Shown: piece by piece, positions 1 to 10,048 of the stretch | Position numbering within the stretch: position 1 is the stretch's first letter | Layout: every line of letters starts with the position of its first letter | Source of the DNA: Methanothrix sp. | GTDB lineage: Archaea; Halobacteriota; Methanosarcinia; Methanotrichales; Methanotrichaceae | Assembly (NCBI GenBank): GCA_037128175.1 | Contig: JBAXWY010000029.1 | Span: forward strand, 1-34,619 | Direction of reading: 5' to 3' | Length of the DNA stretch: 34,619 nucleotides | Notes under the pieces: model-generated | Database searches by the model: none | What the model was told of the DNA's origin: nothing | The model's input: only the letters and a program-made list of their open reading frames with translations | Translations under genes and position numbers: made by a program

Positions 1-2
1 TG

Positions 3-3000
3 ACCGGCTGGTCTGACACAACCATAACCAACCTTGCCCCTGCCGCTTTCCAAACAGTGACCGCCCCGCCAGGCACCTCGGTAGCCGGCCAGTACGAAAA
101 CACGGGCAAAGCAGTAGGCACGATTGATGCCGCCCATGGAGATGGAGCCAATGTCGAGGACACCGATCTGAGCCACTACTACGGCGCCAATCCCTCGGTC
201 GAGGTTATCAAGTATACAAACGGCGCGGATGCCAACACTCCCCCCGGTCCCTACATTCCCGTAGGCGGCCCAGTCACCTGGACCTACAAGGTCACCAACA
301 CCGGCAACGTTCCCCTGGCCACGGTCACAGTTACCGATGATCAGCTTCCCCTCTGGTCGGACACGAGCATAACCAACCTGGCCGTTGGCGCTTTCCAAAC
401 CGTGTCCGCCCCGGTCGAAATCTCAGTAGCCGGCCAGTACGAAAATACGGGCAAAGCAGTGGGCACGATTGGTGCGGCCTATGGAGATGGAGCCAATGTC
501 GAGGACACCGATCTGAGCCACTACTTCGGCGTGCAGCCGGATATTCAGATAGTCAAATTGACAAATGACGTAAATGCGCCAAACCCCAGTGATACTGGTC
601 CTTCCATTCCCGTAGGTGGCACAGTCACCTGGAAATACCGGATTACAAATACAGGCAATATAGAACTCAGAAATGTTCGTGTCGTTGATGATAAAATCGG
701 CGTCGTTCCCGGTAGCCCCATTGATAGCATTGCTCCCAGCGCGTATGTGGACCTGACGGCCACGGGGGTAGCAACACTTGACCAGTACGAGAATTCCGTT
801 ACAGCTACAGGCAGACCATCCGATGAAGAGCCAGATGTTTTTGACCAAACACTGGGCCACTACATTGGAGTTCCCGCGGCTATTGCTATCGTTAAGCTGA
901 CCAATGATGTCAATGCCCCTCTTCCAACTGACACCGGTCCCTACATTACGGTAGGCAATACTGTCACCTGGAAATACCAGGTAACAAATACAGGAAGTGT
1001 TGTACTCACAAATGTGCGTGTCAGTGATCCCAAAGTTGACCCCATTCCTGGTAGCCCCATACCACTTCTCGAACCAGGCGCGACCCATATGGTGGAGCTG
1101 ACTAAAACGGGCGTGGCCGATATTGGCCAGTACGAGAATACCGCTATGGCTACTGGTACCCCACCGGAAGGTCCTGATGTCTCTGATGACACATTGGGCC
1201 ACTACTTCGGTCAACAGCCTGCTATCCAGATAGTCAAATTGACAAATGACGTATTGGCACCCAACCCAGGCGACACAGGTCCCTACATTCCTGTAGGCAA
1301 TACAGTCACCTGGAAATATCAGGTCACTAATACAGGCAATGTAGTACTAACAAATGTTCATGTTGTTGATTCCAAAGTCGGTCCCATTGATCTCGGCCCA
1401 ATAACCCTTGCTCCTGGAGCGACGGTGGAGTTGACGAAAACAGGCGTCGCCGCAGCAGGTCAGTACGAGAATATTGCTACAGCCACAGGAAAACCACCCG
1501 CCGGCCCTGATGTCTCTGCGCAAACGCTGGGCCATTACTTCGGCTCACAGCCGGGTATCCAGATCGTCAAGCTGACAAATGACGTAGCTGCACCCAATCC
1601 AGGCGACAGCGGACCCTATATCCAAGTCGGCAGCACAGTCACCTGGAAATATCAGGTCACCAATACTGGCAATGTTGTACTCACAAATGTTATTGTCATG
1701 GATCCCAAAGCCGGTCCAATCACTGGTAGCCCTATAAACCACATTGATCCCGGCGCGACCGTGGAGCTGACGGCAACAGGCGTCGCCGCAGCTGGCCAGT
1801 ACGAGAATACCGGTACTGCTACAGGCACACCACCCGTAGGCTCTGATGTCTCGGACGACGATCTGGGTCACTACTTCGGCTATACTCCGGGCATAGCGAT
1901 CAAGAAATTCACTAACGGAGTAGACGCACCTGTTGCTCCCGGTCCCAACATCGCGGTAGGCGAGCCAGTGATCTGGACCTATCAGGTCACAAATGTAGGC
2001 ACTGTCCCTCTGCATGATATCCAGGTTACCGATGACAAGCCCGAACCTCATCTGATCGGCACCATTGGAACTCTGGCGGTTGGCCAAACCTCGCCAATCT
2101 TGACAGCCCCGGCAGGTGTTGCAGTTCGTGATCAATTCGAGAATACGGGCACTGCGACGGGCCTTGATTCCAACAATGTCCCGGTCACGGCCAGTTACAA
2201 GAGCCACTACTACGGCCTTATTGCAGAGGTCCAGATCATCAAGAAGACCAATGGAGTAGACGCACCCCTGCCACCTGGACCCCACATCTCGGTAGACGAC
2301 CCAGTAACCTGGACCTACGAGGTCACAAACACGGGCAATGTGCCGCTGACAAATGTGCGGGTAACGGATAATATGCTTCCAGGTTTCCTGGGAACTAAAG
2401 CATCGCTTATTCCTCAGGAGAGCTACACCTTTACAGCTCCTGTTGGAGTAGCAGTTGTAGGCCAGTACGACAATATAGGCACAGTCACGGCTACGCCACC
2501 CGAGATCCAGCCCACTACCGGCCCGGCAATGTCGGCTGCTGATATCACAGCCAGCTACCCGAGTCACTACTTCGGCCAGCTTCCTGGCATAATCCTCACC
2601 AAGGAAGCCGGCCAGTTGAATGCCAAGGTAGGCGATGAGGTCACCTACACCTTTACCGTCAAGAACATCGGCAACACGCCAATAACTCTGACGAGTATGA
2701 TAGATGATCATAGCAGTCAGTTCGTGCCCGATCCGGTAGGCCAGACTCTTGCACCAAAAGATACTCCCGGCGACACACTCGTATTTACCGCCAAGTACAC
2801 TGTCACTGCTGCTGATCTACCGGGTCCGATACTGAACACTGCCACTATTGAGGGTGAGGACAACCAAGGCAATAAGGTAACATCCACGGATACTGCCACA
2901 GTAGGCCTTGCCAACTTAATCGTGGCAAAGTCCGCCACTCCAACCAAAGGTCCTACCGGCACGGAAATTGATTTCCTCATTACCGTTGAGAACACGGCAT

Positions 3001-5957
3001 CTGCGCCTCTGACGATAAGCGGCGTGGATGTGCTGGATGCAGGGCTGACATATCTCAGGGATGACTACAATGGCATCGAGAATCCAAAGAACACCATAAC
3101 CTGGAACAATATGTTCACTTTGGATCCGCAGACCTCCAAGTCATTCCATCTGTTTGCCAGAATAGATGCAACTGTAATGGGTACATTGTGGAATAATGTA
3201 CAATTTACAGGAATCACCACGGATGGCAAAGAGGTAAGCGGACAGGCTAAAGCAGAGGTCCTAGTGCAGCAGGCATCTATTGCTGTAACCAAAGAAGCCT
3301 ATCCGAATTTCGGACTGCCGGGCACCATTATCGAATTCCCGATAGTTGTTAAAAACGACGGCAATCGTGATCTCGTAGAAGTGACTGCGACAGATACCCT
3401 TCCGGATGGTCTGGAATATTTGTCAGACGATCACGAAGGCGTCTTAATCGCGCCTGGTGTTATACAATGGAAGAATCTGGAAGTAGTAGCGGGAATTCCA
3501 TTCCTGCCCCCAGGCGGTGAAATCCCAATAAGCCTGAAAGCTATTGTCAAGGGAACGCTTGTCGGTGATCTGAATAACGTGGTCTATGTTTCAGGAGTTC
3601 CCCTGGGCGGCGGCACACCCGTTGAAAGCGAGGCCCAGGTCAAGGTCGGCGTCAAATGGTTCGGCGTAAGCAAGACCTCTGATAAAAAGGTGTACCGGCC
3701 TGGAGAGGATATCACCTATACCATCTCTATCTGCAATTATCCAGGATTACTGCCACTGGAGAATGTAATAGTCAAAGATGTCTTCCGTAATCCCGAAATG
3801 GTTACGATCGTGGCCAGCTATCCGGAGTCCAGCGAAGATGGCCTGTGGCACATTGATAGCATCCCGCCCGGAACATGCGAAGAGATAATCATCGTGGCCA
3901 GAACGCCCAAGGTCAAAACCACCTTCGATCTGGAACAGTCTGTAAACGGAAAGGGATTCGTTAATGTGAATAACGACCTATCTACAGCAGTCGGTCCCTA
4001 CGCAGTTGATAATTGCGTCTACGTAACTGCTACGATTGGTAAGGGAGAAGATAAAACGCAAGTGACCAATAGTACCTGTACCGGCGTAACTATCCAGGAC
4101 CTCGGCACGGAATTGCAGACCAGAGAACACGGAAGCGGTGATTACAGCTCTGAAGAGAACACAAATCTCAAGTGGGAGAACAGATCTATCGAGTCGCTAA
4201 AGAATGTCTCCGCCAGCTACTATCCGACGACCTTCGAGCTGCCCGGCAACAATGGCCTCAACTATGCCTCCAAGTGGACTGAGGAGAGCCGGGCCAAGAA
4301 CCACATTACCGGCACTGTCATGCATGAGACCTACCGCTACGCCACCAACGTAGACCGCGATTCGTACATCAAGATGGACGAGAACGGCTCGAAGATGATG
4401 GTGGACGCGAGCTTCACCGGCAAAGGCAGCATTGGCTTCTTCAAGAAGGCCTCACCGGAAGATGGACCCAAGAAGAAACCCATCTTTGAGAGCCAGGAGG
4501 ATTACAGCGGCCAATTCAGCATCAACGAATCATTTGATGAATACGGCAAGAACGTCGTCACCAAGAAGGCTGCATCAGGAGAAGGCTTCGTAGCTGCAGA
4601 CAAGAGGGTGCGCGACAGCCAGAGAACCTACGAGTCTGGAACCGGCGCATACAAGAGCGAGGAGATAGTTGACTCCTTTAGCAATTATATAGCCAAGGAT
4701 ATTGAGGTTGCTCATAAACCGAGCAGCTACAATTATTCTCCTTCTGTCCAGGCAAACCAGGATATGAAGTGGAATGAGGGAATGTGGTCCAAGAGCGGCA
4801 AACTGCGCGGAGGCGTCATAGTCGCTGCCAATGACTCAACAGGTGCAGCCTCAGTCGAGGCACCGTGCAATACTACCGATAAGGGAATGGCTCCTGCTTC
4901 TCTAATCAGCGAGAAGTATTCATCTCTGGAGTATATGAAGAAGGATTCCATAGCTCTCGGCTTAAACGAGATGAAGACCAATGCCACCTTCAACGGCATT
5001 GCTGATTTCAGGGCAGCGTCGGCCGGTGTAAATGGCACAGACAAGGTCGACAATGAGGAGCGCTATGCAGGCGAATTCAGCCTGAACCGGCATATTCTCA
5101 TGACCGGCGTCTCGAAGTACGACTTCCCCCATATTACCGTGACCAAGGAAGGCCAGAGGAAGTCCGAATGGTTCAACCGGATTAACTCAACTGTCGGCGA
5201 TTACACCATAACTATAACCAATGACGGTAATCGGGCTCTGGCTCCAGTGTATGTTGTGGATTTCTTCCCGCCGGGAACGCAGTACATCGGCTCCTCGGTC
5301 AAGCCGACGGCACTTACGGCAGCTACGGCTAATTGGACAATATTGCATCTTGGAATTGGCAATAGCCTGAGCATCAATCTGAAGCTCAACATAACCGAAG
5401 AAGCGTCCGATAATGTGCTCAATTGCGTCCAGGTCAGCGGCGTTGCAGGCGAGGCAGTGGTTTCTTCAACCAATTGCACGAGCCTGGATACTGCATGGCT
5501 TGGCTGCTGTGCATCCGAGGTGTCTGTGGAAAAGAATGCTAAATTGGACTCAACGGATCCAACCGTAGTGCATTACACCATAATGCTCAGAAACAATGCC
5601 AAGAGCAACTGGGCCGCAAAGGTTACCGATCAGGTTCCAGCAGATATGACTCTGCTCAATTCCTCAGTTGAGCCTTACAGCATTAACCCGGCTTATATCA
5701 ACTGGGCTTTCGCCAATCTGGCACCTGATGAACTGGTAACCATTGAGTACAGCATGCGTGCGGCAAGAAACGGGGCCTACACCAATAAGGTGCACGTGGA
5801 TACCAGCGCGGTTGATGGGTCCGGCAGCGGTTCTGCCGATGCATATGCCTACATAGATGTCAGGGGCACTGGTGTTGCCCCAAGGACTCTCAAGTATGAC
5901 GGATGGCAGCCGCCAGACTGGGAACTGAACACATCTGAAGAAGGCATAAGCGTTTAA
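3..5957 (+). CDS. Giant cell-surface protein with tandem DUF11-like (conserved repeat) Ig-type domains; 5' end lies outside the window
   Basis: The frame is open from base 3. Repeats of ~113-115 aa (IxIxKxTN...VTWxYxVTNTGNxxL..V.V.D...GQYENT) are followed by DUF11-type 'vxKxa...i.f.I.V.N.G' modules and a unique C-terminal region. Confidence 0.85.
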   Translation, partial: TGWSDTTITNLAPAAFQTVTAPPGTSVAGQYENTGKAVGTIDAAHGDGANVEDTDLSHYYGANPSVEVIKYTNGADANTPPGPYIPVGGPVTWTYKVTNTGNVPLATVTVTDDQLPLWSDTSITNLAVGAFQTVSAPVEISVAGQYENTGKAVGTIGAAYGDGANVEDTDLSHYFGVQPDIQIVKLTNDVNAPNPSDTGPSIPVGGTVTWKYRITNTGNIELRNVRVVDDKIGVVPGSPIDSIAPSAYVDLTATGVATLDQYENSVTATGRPSDEEPDVFDQTLGHYIGVPAAIAIVKLTNDVNAPLPTDTGPYITVGNTVTWKYQVTNTGSVVLTNVRVSDPKVDPIPGSPIPLLEPGATHMVELTKTGVADIGQYENTAMATGTPPEGPDVSDDTLGHYFGQQPAIQIVKLTNDVLAPNPGDTGPYIPVGNTVTWKYQVTNTGNVVLTNVHVVDSKVGPIDLGPITLAPGATVELTKTGVAAAGQYENIATATGKPPAGPDVSAQTLGHYFGSQPGIQIVKLTNDVAAPNPGDSGPYIQVGSTVTWKYQVTNTGNVVLTNVIVMDPKAGPITGSPINHIDPGATVELTATGVAAAGQYENTGTATGTPPVGSDVSDDDLGHYFGYTPGIAIKKFTNGVDAPVAPGPNIAVGEPVIWTYQVTNVGTVPLHDIQVTDDKPEPHLIGTIGTLAVGQTSPILTAPAGVAVRDQFENTGTATGLDSNNVPVTASYKSHYYGLIAEVQIIKKTNGVDAPLPPGPHISVDDPVTWTYEVTNTGNVPLTNVRVTDNMLPGFLGTKASLIPQESYTFTAPVGVAVVGQYDNIGTVTATPPEIQPTTGPAMSAADITASYPSHYFGQLPGIILTKEAGQLNAKVGDEVTYTFTVKNIGNTPITLTSMIDDHSSQFVPDPVGQTLAPKDTPGDTLVFTAKYTVTAADLPGPILNTATIEGEDNQGNKVTSTDTATVGLANLIVAKSATPTKGPTGTEIDFLITVENTASAPLTISGVDVLDAGLTYLRDDYNGIENPKNTITWNNMFTLDPQTSKSFHLFARIDATVMGTLWNNVQFTGITTDGKEVSGQAKAEVLVQQASIAVTKEAYPNFGLPGTIIEFPIVVKNDGNRDLVEVTATDTLPDGLEYLSDDHEGVLIAPGVIQWKNLEVVAGIPFLPPGGEIPISLKAIVKGTLVGDLNNVVYVSGVPLGGGTPVESEAQVKVGVKWFGVSKTSDKKVYRPGEDITYTISICNYPGLLPLENVIVKDVFRNPEMVTIVASYPESSEDGLWHIDSIPPGTCEEIIIVARTPKVKTTFDLEQSVNGKGFVNVNNDLSTAVGPYAVDNCVYVTATIGKGEDKTQVTNSTCTGVTIQDLGTELQTREHGSGDYSSEENTNLKWENRSIESLKNVSASYYPTTFELPGNNGLNYASKWTEESRAKNHITGTVMHETYRYATNVDRDSYIKMDENGSKMMVDASFTGKGSIGFFKKASPEDGPKKKPIFESQEDYSGQFSINESFDEYGKNVVTKKAASGEGFVAADKRVRDSQRTYESGTGAYKSEEIVDSFSNYIAKDIEVAHKPSSYNYSPSVQANQDMKWNEGMWSKSGKLRGGVIVAANDSTGAASVEAPCNTTDKGMAPASLISEKYSSLEYMKKDSIALGLNEMKTNATFNGIADFRAASAGVNGTDKVDNEERYAGEFSLNRHILMTGVSKYDFPHITVTKEGQRKSEWFNRINSTVGDYTITITNDGNRALAPVYVVDFFPPGTQYIGSSVKPTALTAATANWTILHLGIGNSLSINLKLNITEEASDNVLNCVQVSGVAGEAVVSSTNCTSLDTAWLGCCASEVSVEKNAKLDSTDPTVVHYTIMLRNNAKSNWAAKVTDQVPADMTLLNSSVEPYSINPAYINWAFANLAPDELVTIEYSMRAARNGAYTNKVHVDTSAVDGSGSGSADAYAYIDVRGTGVAPRTLKYDGWQPPDWELNTSEEGISV

Positions 5958-5968
5958 AGCGTAATGTT

Positions 5969-6020
5969 CCTGGGCTTTCTGTCCCAGGCTATTTCTTATT
6001 TTTAAAAAATTTCTATTTTT
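5969..6020 (+). terminator. Hairpin plus T-rich tract after the surface-protein gene
   Basis: CCTGGG-N8-CCCAGG (5969-5988) followed by several T runs. Confidence 0.45.
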
Positions 6021-6096
6021 CTTGATAGATACTGACTATTATTCGGGCACGCCAACCTTAATAAAGAAGCCTTCCAAGCATCTGGCGTGGTATAGC

Positions 6097-7347
6097 ATGT
6101 CATTTCAGATAGAGAAGATTCATGCTCGTGAGATCCTTGACTCACGAGGAAACCCGACTATAGAGGTCGATGTTTACACTTGCTGCGGTTTCGGGCGCGC
6201 GGCTGTGCCCTCCGGCGCATCCACTGGCACGCACGAGGCTTTGGAGCTACGCGATGGAGGAGACAGATATGGCGGCAAGGGCGTCCTCAAGGCGGTCAAG
6301 AATGTCAATGAGGTCATTGCCCCCGAGATGCTGGGCATGAATGCCTCTGCTCAGAGGGAGATCGATGATTTCATGATCGAGATGGACGGCACGCCCAATA
6401 AGTCCCATCTGGGTGCCAATGCCATTCTAGGCGTCTCGATCGCCGTGGCCAAAGCGGCAGCATCCTCCGCGGAAATGCCGCTCTACAAATACCTGGGCGG
6501 AGTGAATACCTCTCGCCTGCCCATTCCTTCCTTCAACGTCCTCAACGGAGGTCAGCATGCCGGCAACGAGCTCTCCATCCAGGAGTTCATGATTGAGCCC
6601 ACCGGGGCCAGGACATTTTCCGAGGGCCTACGCATGGCTGTTGAGACCTATCATGCTCTGGGCAAGATTTTAAAGGGAAAGTATGGTGTGGGTGCAACCA
6701 ACGTCGGATACGAAGGTGGCTATGCACCGCCGCTGGTGAGGACTCGCGATGCCCTGGATGCCATCATGAGCGCTCTTGATGTCAGCGGCTATGGCGATGA
6801 GATCAAGATTGGTCTCGACTCGGCAGCCTCCAGCTTCTACATGGAAGGCGGCTACTCTGTGGACGGAAATCGGCTTACTCCAGGAGAGCTGGTCGATTAC
6901 TATGTCGATCTGGTCAAAACCTACCCCATTATTCTGCTGGAAGACCCCTTCGAGGAGGAGGCGTATGACAGCTTTGCCGAGCTTACGGCGAAGTTGCCGG
7001 GCACGATAATAGTAGGAGACGACCTTTATGTCACCAACATAAAGCGCCTGAAGAAGGGCATAGAGATGCATGCCGGCAATGCCCTGCTGCTCAAACTCAA
7101 CCAGATCGGATCCGTTTCCGAGGCCTTTGATGCGGCACGCATGGCCTTCCGGGCGGGCTGGAAGGTCATGGCCTCCCATCGCTCGGCAGAGACTGAGGAC
7201 TCGGCTTTAGCCGATGTGGCTGTAGCCCTGGGCTGCGAGCTGCTCAAGACCGGTGCGCCGGCCCGTTCAGAGAGGACGGCCAAGTACAACCAGCTTCTCC
7301 GGATAGAGGAGCAGCTGGACGAGGCGGCGGAATACGCCGTCATTTAG
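6097..7347 (+). CDS. eno: Enolase (phosphopyruvate hydratase)
   Basis: Motifs REILDSRGNPT, VPSGASTG, LLLKLNQIG, SHRSxETED and KYNQLLRIEE. ATG 6097 (MSFQIEK) preferred over the upstream TTG. Confidence 0.97.
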   Translation: MSFQIEKIHAREILDSRGNPTIEVDVYTCCGFGRAAVPSGASTGTHEALELRDGGDRYGGKGVLKAVKNVNEVIAPEMLGMNASAQREIDDFMIEMDGTPNKSHLGANAILGVSIAVAKAAASSAEMPLYKYLGGVNTSRLPIPSFNVLNGGQHAGNELSIQEFMIEPTGARTFSEGLRMAVETYHALGKILKGKYGVGATNVGYEGGYAPPLVRTRDALDAIMSALDVSGYGDEIKIGLDSAASSFYMEGGYSVDGNRLTPGELVDYYVDLVKTYPIILLEDPFEEEAYDSFAELTAKLPGTIIVGDDLYVTNIKRLKKGIEMHAGNALLLKLNQIGSVSEAFDAARMAFRAGWKVMASHRSAETEDSALADVAVALGCELLKTGAPARSERTAKYNQLLRIEEQLDEAAEYAVI

Positions 7348-7355
7348 ATTTTTTT

Positions 7356-7757
7356 TTAAAATAGAGTGCCCTTTGGCTCTTTGACCAGAGTCACAGGCCT
7401 TCCCGAGAGCTGGGCCAGCAGCCATGGATCCACGTTTATGCCATTCTGGTATGGATATTCGTTTGAACCCGTTCGATTTATGATGATAGGATTGTAGGCC
7501 GAATAGCTATTGGGATAGTACCATTGAGGTTCAGTTCCCGGTGGGTAGAGGGTGCCGTTATGAAGCCCGAATCCCTTGGGCGCACTGCCCCAGTTCCATA
7601 GACCGTTGGCAATTTCCAGGGTACTTACCGGCTTGGTTCCGTAATTCTCCAGCCATGAAGTGCCAAAGTCCTCACCAACTCTCTGAAATCCATACGATAG
7701 AGGTATGCATATCAAGCAGACGCATATGCAGGTAATTGCGACCAATGAATCTCTCAT
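7356..7757 (-). CDS. Secreted hypothetical protein
   Basis: Hydrophobic signal-like N-terminus, WGSAPKG motif, several NxS/T sequons; third gene of a minus-strand run after rubrerythrin. Confidence 0.7.
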   Translation of the reverse strand: MRDSLVAITCICVCLICIPLSYGFQRVGEDFGTSWLENYGTKPVSTLEIANGLWNWGSAPKGFGLHNGTLYPPGTEPQWYYPNSYSAYNPIIINRTGSNEYPYQNGINVDPWLLAQLSGRPVTLVKEPKGTLF

Positions 7758-7766
7758 CTAATTTCC

Positions 7767-8102
7767 TCAAAATCCATGATTCGCTCTGAGTATCGCGACC
7801 GTCTTTTCCATCTTAGGGTCATAATTGGGAGGCAATGGTGCCTTAGGGGGCTTAGAACCCCAATCGGAGAGATTTTTTGAGGCATTTGTCAGATTTTGCA
7901 GCAATAGGTTTCCATCGTCTCCGCCAAGAAGCAGGGCAGAAGCGTTCTCTAAGAGGTTGAACGATGAATTGATGGTTGAATTATTTGTCAATCCGCCTAA
8001 GATAAGATTTCCATCTCTGCCCCCTAGGTTGACTAATGGTTTGCTTTGTGCAAAAAAGACAATAGCTATCAGTACCACCATAACCAATATCATTCGTTTC
8101 AT
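7767..8102 (-). CDS. Secreted hypothetical protein with internal duplication
   Basis: Signal peptide MKRMILVMVVLIAIVFFA; internal repeat LGGRDGNLILGGLTN / LGGDDGNLLLQNLTN. Confidence 0.7.
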   Translation of the reverse strand: MKRMILVMVVLIAIVFFAQSKPLVNLGGRDGNLILGGLTNNSTINSSFNLLENASALLLGGDDGNLLLQNLTNASKNLSDWGSKPPKAPLPPNYDPKMEKTVAILRANHGF

Positions 8103-8104
8103 TT

Positions 8105-8680
8105 CTAATAAACCTCTCCAAAGACCTCAAAGTATGCCTGTTCATGCTTGCAGGCTGGGCACTCCTCCGGAGCAGCATTTCCCTCATGTAGATATCCGCA
8201 ATTGCGGCATCTCCAGACTACCTTGTCGTCTCTCTTGAAGACTAAGCCCCCATCGAGATTCTTTTTCAGGGAGAGGTACCTTCTTTCATGCCCTTTTTCG
8301 GCGGCGGCTATGTTGAGGAAGGTTGTAGCAATCTCTGGAAAGCCCTCTGACCTGGCAGTCTCTGCAAAGGATGGATACATTTCTGCGTATTCATATCGCT
8401 CGCCTTCTGCTGCCCCCTTTAGATTTGCAGTAGTATCTGCAATGACTCCTGCCGGAAAACGTGCGAAAACTTCTGCTTCTCCGCCTTCCAGCAGCTTGAA
8501 AAGTACTTTTGCGTGCTCCTTTTCGTTGTCGGCAGTGTCCAGGAATATGGCAGCAATCTGCTCATAGCCCTCTTTTTTTGCCTGAGAGGCAAAGAATGAA
8601 TATCTGTTTCGGGCCTGTGATTCTCCGGCAAATGCTGTCATCAGATTTTTCTCGGTCTTGGTGCCTTTAAGGCTCTTCAT
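8105..8680 (-). CDS. rbr: Rubrerythrin
   Basis: NLMTAFAGESQARNRY, EKEH and EKGH diiron motifs, C-terminal CRNC...CPAC rubredoxin site. Confidence 0.95.
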   Translation of the reverse strand: MKSLKGTKTEKNLMTAFAGESQARNRYSFFASQAKKEGYEQIAAIFLDTADNEKEHAKVLFKLLEGGEAEVFARFPAGVIADTTANLKGAAEGERYEYAEMYPSFAETARSEGFPEIATTFLNIAAAEKGHERRYLSLKKNLDGGLVFKRDDKVVWRCRNCGYLHEGNAAPEECPACKHEQAYFEVFGEVY

Positions 8681-8870
8681 TATTGCATCACCTGGAATTT
8701 TGATCGCCTTTCATATCATGTTGCATTTAGATAAACCTATGGACAAAACCTCTGGTCCCCCAATGAGCCGCGGGCCGTAATCTTTTTAACCGTTTCCGTG
8801 TCTCAGATTGCGAAGCTGAAGCGCGAGCTTAAAAAGCATCAGTATCACAGCGCCCATAAGCAGGTTTTCC

Positions 8871-9119
8871 ATGTTAGACGGATGGATTAGAAGAAGGATT
8901 GTCTGGTACCTAAAGAATAGCCAGGTTTTGGCGTGGCGGGTTAAGAGGTGCGGAGAGTGTGTCCGGTGCGGCAAATGCTGTGAATTGTGCCTCGCCCACG
9001 ATGCCAAAAACAAGCGCTGCAGGGTATACGGTATTCGGCCCAGCATATGCAAGGCCTTCCCGCTGACGCCCGAGGATATAAATAATATTCAAACCTGCGG
9101 ATTCTATTTTAAGAAATAA
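8871..9119 (+). CDS. YkgJ/FliB-like cysteine-cluster protein
   Basis: CVRCGKCC...C...CRVYGIRPSICKAFP motif. Confidence 0.7.
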   Translation: MLDGWIRRRIVWYLKNSQVLAWRVKRCGECVRCGKCCELCLAHDAKNKRCRVYGIRPSICKAFPLTPEDINNIQTCGFYFKK

Positions 9120-10032
9120 TTTTACTTTTGAACCATTTGATCGTCTCTAAGAGAGCCTCTTCGAGATCGTATTTGGGAAAATAGCCCATCCCTTTCGCCC
9201 GGTTGATATCGGCCAGCGAGTGCTTGATGTCTCCTGCCCGGGCGGATTCATATCTGGGCCGGACCTCTTTTGCCAGGACCTTGCCGATCACTTTTACCAG
9301 GGTATTCAGGCTGATGCTCTTTGCACAAGCGATGTTATAAACACCGGGCAGAGCCCGGCTGGCGAGAATATTCGCGAAGACTACATCATTAACGTAGACA
9401 AAGTCGCGAGTCTGCTCCCCGTCTCCGTAGATCACAGGCTGTTCATCACTCTGGAAAGCGGATATGAACCTGGATATCACTCCCGAATATTCGGATGAGG
9501 GGTCTTGCTTGGGGCCAAAGACATTGAAATAGCGCAGGGATACGGTCTTCAGGCCGTACAGTTCCTGGAAGACGCGGGCATAGTGCTCGGCGGCAAGCTT
9601 GGAGACGGCATAGGGCGACATTGGCTCGGGCAGCATATCTTCCTTTTTGGGAAGCTCTGGTGAGCTGCCGTAGACTGCCGCCGAGGAGGCCTGCACCACG
9701 CGGTTTACTCCGGCATCCCTGGCAGCAATCAGCACATTAAGAGTTCCATCGATGCCCGCAGCATTAGTACGCAGAGGATCTTCCACGCTCTTTTTGACCG
9801 AGGCTATAGCCGCCTGATGAAAGACGCAAGTTGCACCGGCAAAGGCCTCTTTTAACAGCAACAGATCGGTTAAGCTTCCCTTTAGGAATGCCACATCCAG
9901 GCCGGCCAGGTTTTCCATCTTGCCGGTGGAGAGATCATCGATGACAAGCACATCATTGTCTTTCGACAGGTACTCGGCCAGGTTGGAGCCTATGAAACCC
10001 GCGCCACCGGTTATGACAAACTTCTCCGACAT
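9109..10032 (-). CDS. NAD-dependent epimerase/dehydratase (UDP-hexose/HexNAc 4-epimerase-like SDR)
   Basis: TGGAGFIG, ASSAAVYG, YAVSK, LRYFNVFGP, GDGEQTRDF. Confidence 0.92.
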   Translation of the reverse strand: MSEKFVITGGAGFIGSNLAEYLSKDNDVLVIDDLSTGKMENLAGLDVAFLKGSLTDLLLLKEAFAGATCVFHQAAIASVKKSVEDPLRTNAAGIDGTLNVLIAARDAGVNRVVQASSAAVYGSSPELPKKEDMLPEPMSPYAVSKLAAEHYARVFQELYGLKTVSLRYFNVFGPKQDPSSEYSGVISRFISAFQSDEQPVIYGDGEQTRDFVYVNDVVFANILASRALPGVYNIACAKSISLNTLVKVIGKVLAKEVRPRYESARAGDIKHSLADINRAKGMGYFPKYDLEEALLETIKWFKSKIIS

Positions 10033-10048
10033 ATCTCCTTCGTTTATT

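Noticed and set aside
423-5479. Long antisense ORFs (e.g. 423-1214, 1545-2711) opposite the surface-protein gene
   Set aside because: Shadow frames of a repetitive, codon-biased gene; no recognisable motifs.
6700-6725. Enolase VGYEGG instead of the usual VGDEGG
   Set aside because: The catalytic Glu and other motifs are intact; probably a lineage variant rather than a loss of function.
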